From Terriglobia bacterium (lineage in GTDB: Bacteria > Acidobacteriota > Terriglobia > JAJPHL01 > JAPKYU01): a stretch of 64,000 nucleotides of DNA. A model generated the notes under the pieces. It was given only the letters and a program-made list of their open reading frames with translations, made no database searches and was not told the DNA's origin. Positions 1-9,195 of the stretch are shown here, piece by piece; the stretch's first letter is position 1, and each line of letters begins with the position of its first letter. A program made the translations under genes and the position numbers. Location: contig CBDBKE010000004.1 in assembly GCA_965206645.1 (NCBI GenBank), forward strand, positions 1,541,552 through 1,605,551, read 5' to 3'.

Positions 1-45
1 GTTGCTGCTTCTCATAGGCCATGTTTTCATATTTGACAACAGTAG

Positions 46-318
46 TCAAACAGGAACGTAGTGTCCACGATTTGGATCACCTGGTCCCAGGCTGCGTCCC
101 AGACACGACAACTCGCTGACCAGCAGGCGATCACCCGGCTGAAGCACTACCAGCACCTCCTCGATGCGGCGCTCGAGGGGACTCTTTCGCGACGAGATGC
201 GGGCCTCGATGAATTCGTCGACAGTGCAGCGGCATTTCTGGCTGAACTCCAGGATGGCCAGTTTCTGGTTTGCTAGGTCCTGCGAACGAGTGGAGACGCG
301 GAGGTAGGCGACGGTTTT
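46..318 (-). pseudogene. Serine recombinase (resolvase/invertase) catalytic-domain fragment, C-terminally truncated. The real N-terminus is probably near 318 (TTG/ATG uncertain)
   Basis: The minus ORF 46..516 contains AYLRVSTRSQDLANQ...GDRLLVSELSCLGRS, the resolvase catalytic motif. It then stops with no HTH domain. Confidence 0.4.
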
Positions 319-436
319 CAATGCTGTGTCCAAGAAAAGGTGGAGGATGTCCGTTAATTCGTAGAAAGTAGCGACTCTCAACCCCGGCCATACTGTGCCG
401 GGGGTCATTTTCTGCCAAGAAAAGGAGAGAGTCGCT

Positions 437-1246
437 ATGAAGAGAAGATACCAGATCGAAGGCCATCGTGCGGTGCAGAGTTTTCGCCGCTGGGCGGCCG
501 AGAAAAACCCGAACATTCAGATGCTCCTGCCGCTGGCCGAGGTGGTGAGCCTGCTGCAAGAAGGAGTGGGACACCTTTTGCGGGAGGCCGGGCTGGCGTT
601 GATGAACCTGGTGATGGAGGAGGAAGTGCGGCAGCTAGCCGGAGAGCGGCAGCAGCAACACTCGGGCCGCCGCGCCCACCGCTGGGGGAAGGAAGCGGGT
701 TACTGCGTGGTGGACGGGCAGAAGGTGCCGATCCGCAGAACCCGTCTGCGGAACCAGCAGAACCGCGAGCAGCGGCTAGGAAGTTATGAACTGTTTCAGC
801 GGAGCGCGCCGCTGGAGCGGAGGGTGTGGGACACGATGATGCGGGGGCTCTCGACGCGGAACTACGGCGCGGTGGTGAAAGAGTTTCAGCAAGCCTACGG
901 GATCGAGAAGTCGGCGGTGAGCGAGAACTTCGTCGCGGCCAGCCGGGAGAAGTTGCGGGAGTTGCTGGAGCGGCCCCTGGGCGAGTTGCGGCTATGCGCC
1001 GTGCTGATCGACGGCACGCCGTTCCGGGACCGCCAGATGATGGTGGCGCTGGGGATCGGCTGGGACGGGCGCAAAACGGTGTTGGGGCTGCGCGAGGGAG
1101 CAACCGAGAACGCCACGGTGGTTAGCGAGCTGCTCAGTGATCTGGCCGGACGCGGCCTGGACTTCGGCGTGCCCCGCCTGTATGTGCTGGATGGCAGTAA
1201 GGCGCTGGCTGCGGCGGGGTGCGGAGGGTGTCCTGAACTCAGTTGA
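437..1246 (+). pseudogene. IS256-family (mutator-type) transposase, N-terminal ~270 aa only. It is interrupted by insertion of a second IS256-family element
   Basis: ORF 395..1246 aligns with the minus-strand IS256 transposase (LIDGTPF...VLDGSKALAAA vs YIDGIVF...VIDGSKALRAA). A GGAGAG RBS precedes the ATG at 437. Coding ends abruptly at the inserted element. Confidence 0.7.
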
Positions 1247-2659
1247 AAGTTCGTAGCGGCGGTTCGGAGCCATCATACTACGCCACCTCCCGTCGAGTGG
1301 CCGACTTTGATCCTTCGAGGATCGCTTTCAACATCCACAGGTCCTGGTACCCCATCAGGCGGCGGAAGTTTTTCTCCGTGGCCAGGAAGCTGGAGGCGAC
1401 CCAGCGCTGGACCATGGCCGCATCCCGCCAGCGGCACACCCGGCGAGTTCGCAACCTCACTCCCGCCTGCGGACTCTCGATGAGATTGGTGGTGGCCAGA
1501 CAGCGATGTAGCGAAGCCGGAAGCCCCAGCCGGTTGATGGTGAAACATTCCTCCAGACCCTCCCGTAAGCTGGCCGCCGCGGCCGGACAATCTCGCTCCA
1601 ACCATTGGGCCAACTTCTCCAGCTTGGCCCTGCCGGTCTTCGGATCCAACCGCCAGGCGGCCCGCATCGCCGCCCGCACCTGGTCCCGCTCTGGCTCCGG
1701 CAACCGGTCCAGGACGTTGCGCAACTTGTGGGCGCGGCAGCGCTGCACCGGCTGCTCGGCCCCGAACACGGCGCGGATCGCCGCCCGCAAGGCCTTCGAG
1801 CCGTCGATCACAAACAGCCGTTTCTGGGCCGGCTGCACCCCTCGCCGCACTAAACCTTCCAGCAAGTCCTGGACGGCCGCGGCGTTCTCCGTAGCCCCCT
1901 GCTGAATCCCCAGCACGTGCTTGTGCCCTTCCGCATCCACGCCCACAGCCGCAATCACGTGATGGTCGCCAAACACTATCCCGTCGATGTAGAGGATCAG
2001 CAACTCTACTTCCTCGAAGCGGCGGTTCAACAGACGTTCTAACTCGGCTGCGGCAGCCTCCATCGTTTCCCGGCTGACCGTGGAGCGCGACACACCCACG
2101 GTGTCCGCCATCTCCGGCAACACCCGCTGGTACTGCCGGGTCGAGACGCCCCGCAGCAAGATATCCAACATCCGGGCCCCCAGACCCTCGCCCTCCTGCA
2201 TGGCTTCGTAGGCCGGGAGGGGAACTTCTTTCCCCGCTCCCCGGCCTGGCCGCCGGAGCCGTGGCCTGTGCACGGCCAGCTTTCTCTCCTCGAAGCGGCG
2301 GTCAGGCGCACCCGTCCCCGCTGGCGCCCATACCAGCCCACCCCACGGCGCCGCCGGCCCTGACGGCGTGGACCGGCCACCTGCGCGGCCGACAACTCCA
2401 GCACCGCTTCAATCGCCGCCCTACCCACCACGTCGATCAGCTCGTCGACGGCTAACCGCGATTGTTCGATCAACTCCACCCAGGGCAGCAGAAACTGCCC
2501 GTGGCGAGCCAGGTAGGCAGCCAGTTTGCGGGAGCTTCGGCTATCGCTCCGGCCTAGGATGTGGTAGCTTCTCTGCACGGCGGTTCCCCTTTCCAGAAAG
2601 TTTCCCAACCCGATTCTACGGAACCAGGTCAGCGAACCGCCGCTCAACTTTCAACTAAA
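1238..2659 (-). mobile_element. IS256-family insertion sequence (~1.4 kb) nested inside another IS256 transposase gene
   Basis: Terminal inverted repeats: AGTTGAAAGTTCGTAGCGGCGGTTCG at ~1241 and its reverse complement (CGAACCGCCGCTCAACTTTCAACT) at ~2633-2656. A transposase gene sits between them. Confidence 0.65.
1278..2647 (-). CDS. IS256-family transposase, split into two overlapping ORFs (2647..2039 and 2273..1278) by a frameshift near 2270
   Basis: The N-terminal ORF (MSGGSLTWFRR...DELIDVVGRAAIEAVLE) and the C-terminal ORF (...YIDGIVFGDHHVIAAVGVDAEGHKHVLG...CRAHKLRNVLD) together make a typical IS256 Tnp. Confidence 0.8.
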
Positions 2660-2919
2660 GGTGAGACACTCTCCGATTGTCCCAGGCAAAGAAACTTTCG
2701 TCGAGCTTGTCGTGAAGCGGGGCATGTCGCAAGACTTTGTGATCCGCGGCTGCCGCTTGCTTGCGATGTTGCGGGCAACAGTGGCTGGAAGGGAACCGTA
2801 CAGACGCCAGGTGATGAACAGAGCCTTCTCCTGCGGTTGCCAGTGCTGGCAGTCGTCTTCTGTAGAAAACCATGATGATGATACTGATAAGCTAAGTAGG
2901 GCAGACCTGGAGGGATATG

Positions 2920-2974
2920 GAGCACAGGCCTTATCGGCCCATGCTCTCCAGGGGGCAGGCAGGAATGCTTACCC
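2920..2974. repeat. REP-like imperfect palindrome (GAGCACAGGCC-N4-GGCCcaTGCTC) followed by a GGCAGGAATGC half-element
   Basis: Palindromic sequence read directly. Same family as 3135-3188 and 5133-5160. Confidence 0.5.
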
Positions 2975-3077
2975 TACCTTTTGAAAAGGAAAAAAAGGGA
3001 GCCTCGTCTGGATGAGGCTCCCCTGTAGTTTTCGGTCTTGGCGTTCAGGCGCACACACGCCGTCAGGAAGGAAGCGA

Positions 3078-3099
3078 GTACAGGCCTTGCGGCCTGTAC
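3078..3099. repeat. Perfect 22-bp palindrome GTACAGGCCTTGCGGCCTGTAC (REP-like hairpin)
   Basis: Read directly. It shares the CAGGCC-N4-GGCCTG core with neighbouring elements. Confidence 0.55.
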
Positions 3100-3134
3100 T
3101 CTACGCCTAAGCGCAACCGAAGGAGATGGAAACT

Positions 3135-3188
3135 GAGCACAGGCCTTAGCGGCCTGTGCTCTCTACAACCCAGGCAGGAATGCCTGCC
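3135..3188. repeat. REP-like perfect palindrome GAGCACAGGCCTTAGCGGCCTGTGCTC, plus a second hairpin GGCAGGAATGCCTGCC
   Basis: Read directly. The 11-bp arms are perfect. Related copies lie at 2920 and 5133. Confidence 0.6.
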
Positions 3189-3195
3189 GCTATGC

Positions 3196-4635
3196 TTAGT
3201 CCTTCTCTTCACGATCCACGATGGCCAGATAGCCCTGCGCCGCCGTGGGGCCGTCGGTCCCGCCGTAGCCGTTGGAGATGAAGGCGAAGCCCTGGCCGTT
3301 TTCAAAGTCACAGTTCACGTCGAGAAAACCCTGGAAGCCCACAGCGATCGCCGACAACACGTAAGTCTCGCTGCCCCAGGACTTGACCTCCATCGTCTCC
3401 ATATCGGCGGGATTGGCCTCCGCACCATAGAACTTGATCTCGCAAGTTCCGGGATAGTCGGAAGCGTTCGTGAAGGCGATCCCGGTGTCAAAGCCTCCCG
3501 CGTTGGTCACGAACGGAAAGAGCAGGCTCGTCTCGCAGGGATCGAATCCGATGACCCGCACGGCAGCGGCATCAGCGAACTGCGGATTTCATTAGTGTCA
3601 GCACTGACGAAACCCACGCTCACCATGCCGTCGGCGATCATGGTGTCTTCTTCCCACGTGAAGCTCACCATCAACGTATTTCCCTGAGTCATATCATTCG
3701 CATCGGTAACGGTGTAAGTGATATCACCATCTCCATCGTTATCCAATGCAACCTCGACCATGGTTCCATCGGCGTCCGCTTCGCCTTCACCGGTCAGCGT
3801 GACTTTCATGCCATCGTCTGCGTTCGTCGGTCATGTTGTCGGCTGTATGGGTGATCATGACTTCCACGCCGTCCGGGATGCCGGAGAAATTGACTTCCAC
3901 CATGCCGTGTCATCAGCATCATCGTTGGTCAACGCCCCTACAAAGCCTTCCATGATCGAGATGCTGGCCATTCCGGTGGTTCCGACCCGGCATTGCAAAA
4001 CGTTGGCATCGTCCACCTTGACGACCAGTCCGGTTTTGACATCCGAGACATCGAACGCCCCCGGCGACACGGACTTGGTGTTCACAGTGAGTTGGGCGCT
4101 TATCTCTCCGTCGTCTCCCACCATGTAGGCGTTGGCTCGGATGCCGGCGATGACCACATTGAAACCGTTGCCGCCAGTTCCCAAGCCGAGATCTGCGCCG
4201 CTGAGTTCCTCCCACACGATCGTGTTCGGGTCCTCATCTTCATCAATCATCGGGCCGTCACCGTCGTCGGCAGCCATCAAACACGTCATCGGCTATAGTT
4301 TGGCCGCCCACAGTCCCAGTAGCGGTCAGCTCAGCAGCGCCAACATAGTTCAAGTCAGCCAGGCTGGTGATTGGAGTGTTCAGCGTAACGCTTAAGGTGA
4401 AATCGGTTACTGCAAACAGCGAGCCGGTGTCCTCTGAAGGCACGCACCGCAGCTCGATGCCGCCGATCTCTTCGGTCGTGCCCTCGGCGCGCACATTGGC
4501 CACTGCATTGTCACCCGTAGCAGCCCGCGCCTCGCACCGTTGCGCCTGGGCCACGCTGCTGCTCAACACGATGGCCGCGAGCAGGGACATCATGACGATG
4601 CCGCTTTTGAAAACTGCTTTCCGAATCTTTGCCAT
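3196..4635 (-). pseudogene. Secreted hypothetical protein gene broken by at least 3 frameshifts. Signal peptide MAKIRKAVFKSGIVMMSLLAAIVLSSSVAQA; Asp/Gly/Thr-rich extracellular protein
   Basis: Four consecutive minus ORFs (4686..4258, 4289..3855, 3809..3507, 3561..3196) overlap in different frames and read as one protein. A GGAGAG RBS precedes the ATG at 4635. Confidence 0.55.
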
Positions 4636-4730
4636 TGCCGTTCTCTCCTTCGATTTTTGAATCGTACTGGTTGAAATTTCTTGCAAAACTTTCTCTTCCT
4701 GCCGCTCGATCTAAAACTGCATTGGATTAC

Positions 4731-4780
4731 AGGCGGGGCAGGCAGGAACGCTTGCCGCTGCCTGAACGCCTGTCCTACCT
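4731..4780. repeat. GGCAGGAACGCTTGCC-type REP-like element
   Basis: Related to GGCAGGAATGCCTGCC at 3173-3188. Confidence 0.35.
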
Positions 4781-5132
4781 GAACGTTCTTGAATGCAACA
4801 CCAGCTCGCCGACTTTCTGCTTAATCTGCTTCCTTCATCTACGCTGCACGAACTCCAGGGTCAATTCGCTCTATATGCGGACCTACCAGAGACACGGGGA
4901 ATATGACACTTTCAGTTTCAGCCTGTCAATCTTTTTTCTTTGCCAGCTATGCTGCCCCCCGTAATCGCTGTGGTTCAAACAGCCGGGCAGATAATTTGGG
5001 GCTCAAAACAGTTGTTCATGGTAATCGGCTCAATCGGGGAATGCAAGAGTTTTTTGGGGAATTTTTCAAGATTTTTTCAGGGGGAGGGGGTGCACGAAAA
5101 AGCAAGAGAGAAGTGCAGGGGGGGATGGAATG

Positions 5133-5160
5133 GAGCACAGGCCTGGAGGCCCGTCGCCAT
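5133..5160. repeat. Partial REP-like element GAGCACAGGCCTGGAGGCCCGTCGC
   Basis: Shares the GAGCACAGGCC arm with elements at 2920 and 3135. Confidence 0.4.
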
Positions 5161-5171
5161 CTGGGCGCGTC

Positions 5172-5441
5172 TCATCGCGGGCTCTGGCAAAACCTGAGGG
5201 AGCGGGACCGAAAGGTTAATTTCATGGCCGTCGCCCGGGAGTAGCAGGCCCTATTGCGGGCCACCAACCGCTTGCGCAGCACCTTCTCGGCTTCGCCTTT
5301 CTCCTTTCGGCCTGTCGACTCCTGTCTGAACTTTCCGTTGTGGTCACGGTAACTCATCCACCAGACGCGTGAACCGCGCCGGGAGTACAGGCTACCGGCG
5401 GCCTTGCTGGGTCTACCTGTCTTGTTCATCGATTCCTCCAT
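5172..5441 (-). pseudogene. Tyrosine (phage-type) integrase, N-terminal arm-binding domain only. The catalytic domain is missing
   Basis: GSLYSRRGSRVWWMSYRDHNGKFRQESTGRKEKGEAEKVLRKRLVA is a typical integrase N-terminus. The ORF ends after 89 aa. Confidence 0.5.
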
Positions 5442-5629
5442 TCACATGAAAGCTGTCGCCACTCGGCCAACTCCGACAGTCGGAAGCGGATCGAGCGGCC
5501 CATCATGCGGTAATGGGGAATCTGCTTTCGCTCGACGTAAGCATACACCAGCGAGAGGCTGCCGCCCAAGAATCGGGCTGCGTCCTTCACCGTGATGGGG
5601 GCATCTGTCGCTTTTCCGTCCAGGCTCAT
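5426..5629 (-). CDS. Excisionase/AlpA-family helix-turn-helix DNA-binding protein
   Basis: ITVKDAARFLGGSLSLVYAYVERKQIPHYRMMGRSIRFRLSELAEW matches the excisionase HTH pattern. A GGGAGGG RBS lies 5 nt before the ATG (MSLDGK). It sits directly upstream of the integrase stub. Confidence 0.65.
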   Translation of the reverse strand: MSLDGKATDAPITVKDAARFLGGSLSLVYAYVERKQIPHYRMMGRSIRFRLSELAEWRQLSCEWRNR

Positions 5630-5789
5630 CGTTCCCTCCCTACTTTCCATACCAAACCACAAGGGAGAACTCCGCGCGGAGAGTCCGTTGCGATTGTGTC
5701 GTTAGTCCTACTCACACTCGGCATCACGTTTGATCTGCTCGATGATCTGATTGGCAAAGCGGCGATGGTATTCCTCTGCCGTCATCGCC

Positions 5790-6749
5790 CTACCCCTCAT
5801 CGTGTTGCCTCCCGATCGGCTCAATGAGCCAGCGGTTCTGTGGCGCGTCGTAACCTTTGACGAGCAAGGCCTCCTCCACAAATCGCCGCCCTTCGCGCCG
5901 CGTCATGTGAATCACCATCGCAATGCCGTCCACGACGCCCCGGCAGGTGACTTCCCAGGGAAGCTCTCCGCCGCCTTGCATGGCGCAACTGGCGAGCCGT
6001 GACAAGGCGCTTTCGGCGTTGTTGGCGTGCACGGTGGTGAGCGAGCCGCCGTGTCCGGTGTTGAGGGCTTGCAGCAGATCGGCGGCCTCCCCGCCGCGCA
6101 CCTCGCCCACTACGATGTGATCCGGGCGGTGACGCAAGGCATGGCGCACCAGGTCCCGGATCGTCACGGCTCCGGTTGCCAGTCCGCGAGCCTCGAAGCG
6201 GACGCAATTGGAGTGCTCGATGCGAAGCTCCAGGGTGTCCTCGATGGCGACGATGCGCTCGTCGTCGGGCAGCAATTCGATGAGCGCATTGAGAAGGGTG
6301 GTCTTGCCCGAGCCGGTGCCGCCTGAAACCAGGATGTTCCGGCGGGTGTACAACATCCGCTCGGCCGCTTCTTTGACGTTCAACGGCAGCGCCCCTTGTT
6401 CAACCAGGTCCGCCGCTGAAAACGACCGTTTACCAAAGCGCCGAACGGTGATCGCCACCTTCGGGCTGGCGGGCGGAACGCAGATTGCTACACGCGAGCC
6501 GTCGTCTAGGCGAGCATCGACGATGGGCGCCGTGGCCGGGTCCAGGCCGAGAGGCCGCGCAATATGGATAGCGGCCCTTTGAAGCGCCGCAGCGGTCAGC
6601 AGCGGGGCCTCGTGGGAATAGAGCTTCCCATGCCCCTCGATCCAGACGTTGTGCGGGCCGTTTATCATGATCTCGCTCACTTCCGGGTCCTCCAGAACAT
6701 CCTCCAGGCCGGGCAAAAACGGTTTCAACAACTCCAGGCCGTCGCTCAT
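5790..6749 (-). CDS. trbB: Conjugative type IV secretion ATPase TrbB/VirB11 family
   Basis: Walker A SGGTGSGKTT and the VirB11/CpaF signature (GEVRGGEAADLLQALNTGH). Next to a T4CP gene. Confidence 0.85.
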   Translation of the reverse strand: MSDGLELLKPFLPGLEDVLEDPEVSEIMINGPHNVWIEGHGKLYSHEAPLLTAAALQRAAIHIARPLGLDPATAPIVDARLDDGSRVAICVPPASPKVAITVRRFGKRSFSAADLVEQGALPLNVKEAAERMLYTRRNILVSGGTGSGKTTLLNALIELLPDDERIVAIEDTLELRIEHSNCVRFEARGLATGAVTIRDLVRHALRHRPDHIVVGEVRGGEAADLLQALNTGHGGSLTTVHANNAESALSRLASCAMQGGGELPWEVTCRGVVDGIAMVIHMTRREGRRFVEEALLVKGYDAPQNRWLIEPIGRQHDEG

Positions 6750-8776
6750 ATCTTTCCTTCTGCTTTCGCACGCCAGTAGGGAAGCGACCGGGGCAGATAG
6801 TGGGGTTTGAGGTACACGCGGGTTGCCGGCAGTGACTGTGCGCCGTCGTAGGGCAGGCAGATTGCTTGGCAGTTGGAGAGCAGGGCAAACTCGCGGGGCT
6901 GAAACACTGCCTCGCGTTGTTCGCGGAAGGATTTGCTGGCTCCTACGCTGCCGGCGCCGCCACCGGCCTGGGCCGAGAGCATGGATACCTCACTTTGCTT
7001 GGCAGATTCGGTGATGGTATAGGAGGGTTTGATCTTGGCTACCTGCCCGCACAGAGCCGAGGCGGTTTGAGCGCTGGCGTCATCGCTCAAGGAAAGGAAT
7101 ATCCGGGTGCGGAGCGTTTGCAGCAGGGTGCGCCACGCCTCGCCGCTGCCGAGAACGGAGCGCAGCGAGCTGATTGATTGCGTGGCGACGATCAGAATGC
7201 AGCGGCACTGCCGGGTGAGGGCAAAGGATTTCTCGTCGCCGGAAGGATCGTCCTCGCCGACCGAAGCAAACGACTGGTACTCGTCGCAGATGAACACGGC
7301 GGGCCGGAAGTATTGATCCGGCGCTTCCTTCATCTGCGCCGGTCGCCGCAGGAGCGATTGCAACCAGGCGTTCTTGAGCATTACTCCTACAGCTCGTGCC
7401 AGCGCCGGGTTGCTGCCGGCCGGCATATTCAGGGCCAGCACCTTGCCCGACTCGATCAGCTTGTCGAGGGGCGGCAAGCTCTGCCGTACTCTCGTTCCCA
7501 GTCCCGGCTGTTCGTCTTGCTTTGGCTCTCCATTTCCGTTCGCCGCCGCCTTCTCCGGTGGCGGTGGTGGACAGAACACCCGCGCCACGCTTGGCAGGTC
7601 GAATATGGACAGAAAAACTGAGATGCCCTCGACGATGCTCGACCGGATTTTGTTGTCGATCATTCCCCAGTCGTGTTGATACCAGCGATTGACGGCCTCG
7701 ACCCGCTTGCGAATCTCTTCTGTCTTTACGCTCTCGGTCCACTCGATCTTATATTCGATCTGGAGTTCTTTGAGCTGGGCTACAACCGCTGGGCTGTGGT
7801 CCGTGTAGAATGTGTTCTCTTGCTCGATCGGAATCCATTTTCTCTTCCCGGAGCGCAGCGAGGGGATGTTTGCTCCATAGTCCGTGGCGGATATAAACAC
7901 GGCGCCCTCGCGAAGATCGCTGGCGTATGCTTCGGCCTCTTGGATTTTGGCCGCAAACAGTTCCTTGTCGATGGCGCAGTGATAGACTTGCTGCAATGTG
8001 ACCCATTGGCCGGGGAACACCCGGTAGAGTTCGATGATCCAGCGGACCAGGTTGGTGTAAGCCTGTTGCCAAAACGGCTCCTTCCCTTTGCCGAACAACT
8101 GGTTGAGCAGGGAGGAAACGGTGTAGGCCAGCGAGTAAGAATCAAGCCACTCTGCCGAGAGTGGATTCCATTGCCAGCGGCCCTCCATCCCCAGCTCGAT
8201 GTAATCTTCCTCCCGGCCCGCGTCGGCAAGGATTCGCCGGATTTCATAGCAGAAATCGCCCTTGACTTCCAGCACCAGGCCAGCCGCCCGGCGCTGGGGA
8301 TCGCGGGCCTGCCATGACAAGATTTGCTCTGCGAATGGGCGCATGCAAGCCGAGGTCTTGCCGGACCCCACGGCGCCGAAAATTGCCACTCCGGTGTACA
8401 GGCCGCGCTCCGGGATAGTGAGCCAGGAAGGGTTGCGAGATTCGACGGCTTTGACCGGGTGGTGAACCTCCCCAACAACGATCGCCGGCCCGGCGTCTTT
8501 TGCGGGATTCAGGGGCCACGTTGGCAGCATTCCAATGTTCGGCATAGCGATGCCCCAAGAATTAAACCAGACCCGCCAGACCGTGATGAGAAACAGTCCG
8601 CCGACGATGACGGCGGCGGCTGGCGCGAGGTAGTACCACCAGACGATCCAGGTGTAGAAGTTGGGGGTGTGATAGAGCACCAGGTCGAGCATTGGATCGT
8701 CGCCGGGCATGGGGAAAGGCCGGTAGAGGAAACCCCAAGCGGAGCAGCCAAGCCCAGCAACTATCAGGATCGGATG
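6746..8776 (-). CDS. traG: Type IV coupling protein (TraG/VirD4 family)
   Basis: N-terminal TM segments and Walker A GAVGSGKTS; ~670 aa. GGAGG RBS before the ATG at 8776 (MKIRHPIL). The upstream in-frame extension to 9196 runs through a repeat-rich non-coding region and is not believed. Confidence 0.8.
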   Translation of the reverse strand, partial: HPILIVAGLGCSAWGFLYRPFPMPGDDPMLDLVLYHTPNFYTWIVWWYYLAPAAAVIVGGLFLITVWRVWFNSWGIAMPNIGMLPTWPLNPAKDAGPAIVVGEVHHPVKAVESRNPSWLTIPERGLYTGVAIFGAVGSGKTSACMRPFAEQILSWQARDPQRRAAGLVLEVKGDFCYEIRRILADAGREEDYIELGMEGRWQWNPLSAEWLDSYSLAYTVSSLLNQLFGKGKEPFWQQAYTNLVRWIIELYRVFPGQWVTLQQVYHCAIDKELFAAKIQEAEAYASDLREGAVFISATDYGANIPSLRSGKRKWIPIEQENTFYTDHSPAVVAQLKELQIEYKIEWTESVKTEEIRKRVEAVNRWYQHDWGMIDNKIRSSIVEGISVFLSIFDLPSVARVFCPPPPPEKAAANGNGEPKQDEQPGLGTRVRQSLPPLDKLIESGKVLALNMPAGSNPALARAVGVMLKNAWLQSLLRRPAQMKEAPDQYFRPAVFICDEYQSFASVGEDDPSGDEKSFALTRQCRCILIVATQSISSLRSVLGSGEAWRTLLQTLRTRIFLSLSDDASAQTASALCGQVAKIKPSYTITESAKQSEVSMLSAQAGGGAGSVGASKSFREQREAVFQPREFALLSNCQAICLPYDGAQSLPATRVYLKPHYLPRSLPYWRAKAEGKI

Positions 8777-8860
8777 GCGTATTTTCATGGGGCTTGCCTC
8801 CGGCGCCTCAGCGCCCGCTTGGGGTTCAGGTTCGGAGCCTTCCCGCAGGGACAAATCAGA

Positions 8861-9160
8861 CGAGAGCGACCCCCAAAAAAGGGGGGGCAGGGTATGCCAC
8901 AAACCCTGCCACAAACCCCTTTTCCTGTTTGCCGATAGAGCGGCAAAAAAGGGGGGGTCGCTCTCGTCTTTCCCCGCCCCTCTCCTTCTGGCGCGGGATG
9001 GCCTGGTAGTAGCAGGAAAACCACTGCGAGGCAAAGAAATAGACAAAATGAGTGTTGCCACAAAAAATGCCGATTCTTGCCACGCCCCCCCCCTTATATA
9101 AGTGGCAAAAAAGATCGGCACGGCCACCGTTTGTGGCAGGCCAAAAAAACGCTCTATCTC
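8861..9160. promoter_or_regulatory. Repeat-rich intergenic region, candidate oriT or operator. It has a 13-bp inverted repeat GAGAGCGACCCCC/GGGGGTCGCTCTC flanking G/C tracts, and TGCCACAAA direct repeats with inverted TTTGTGGCA copies
   Basis: Read directly. Located between the replication-relaxation gene and the coupling-protein gene. Confidence 0.35.
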
Positions 9161-9195
9161 GGAAACGTCCACTGGAGTTCCATTGCTGCGGTTCA

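Noticed and set aside
435-1103. 222-aa Ala/Pro/Arg-rich ORF antisense to the IS256 transposase
   Set aside because: It lies opposite a gene with clear homology. The composition is typical of spurious antisense ORFs in high-GC DNA.
5362-5440. Possible tRNA-like sequence (GTTCATCGATTCC) next to the integrase stub
   Set aside because: No acceptor/anticodon cloverleaf can be folded. It lies within the integrase N-terminal coding region.
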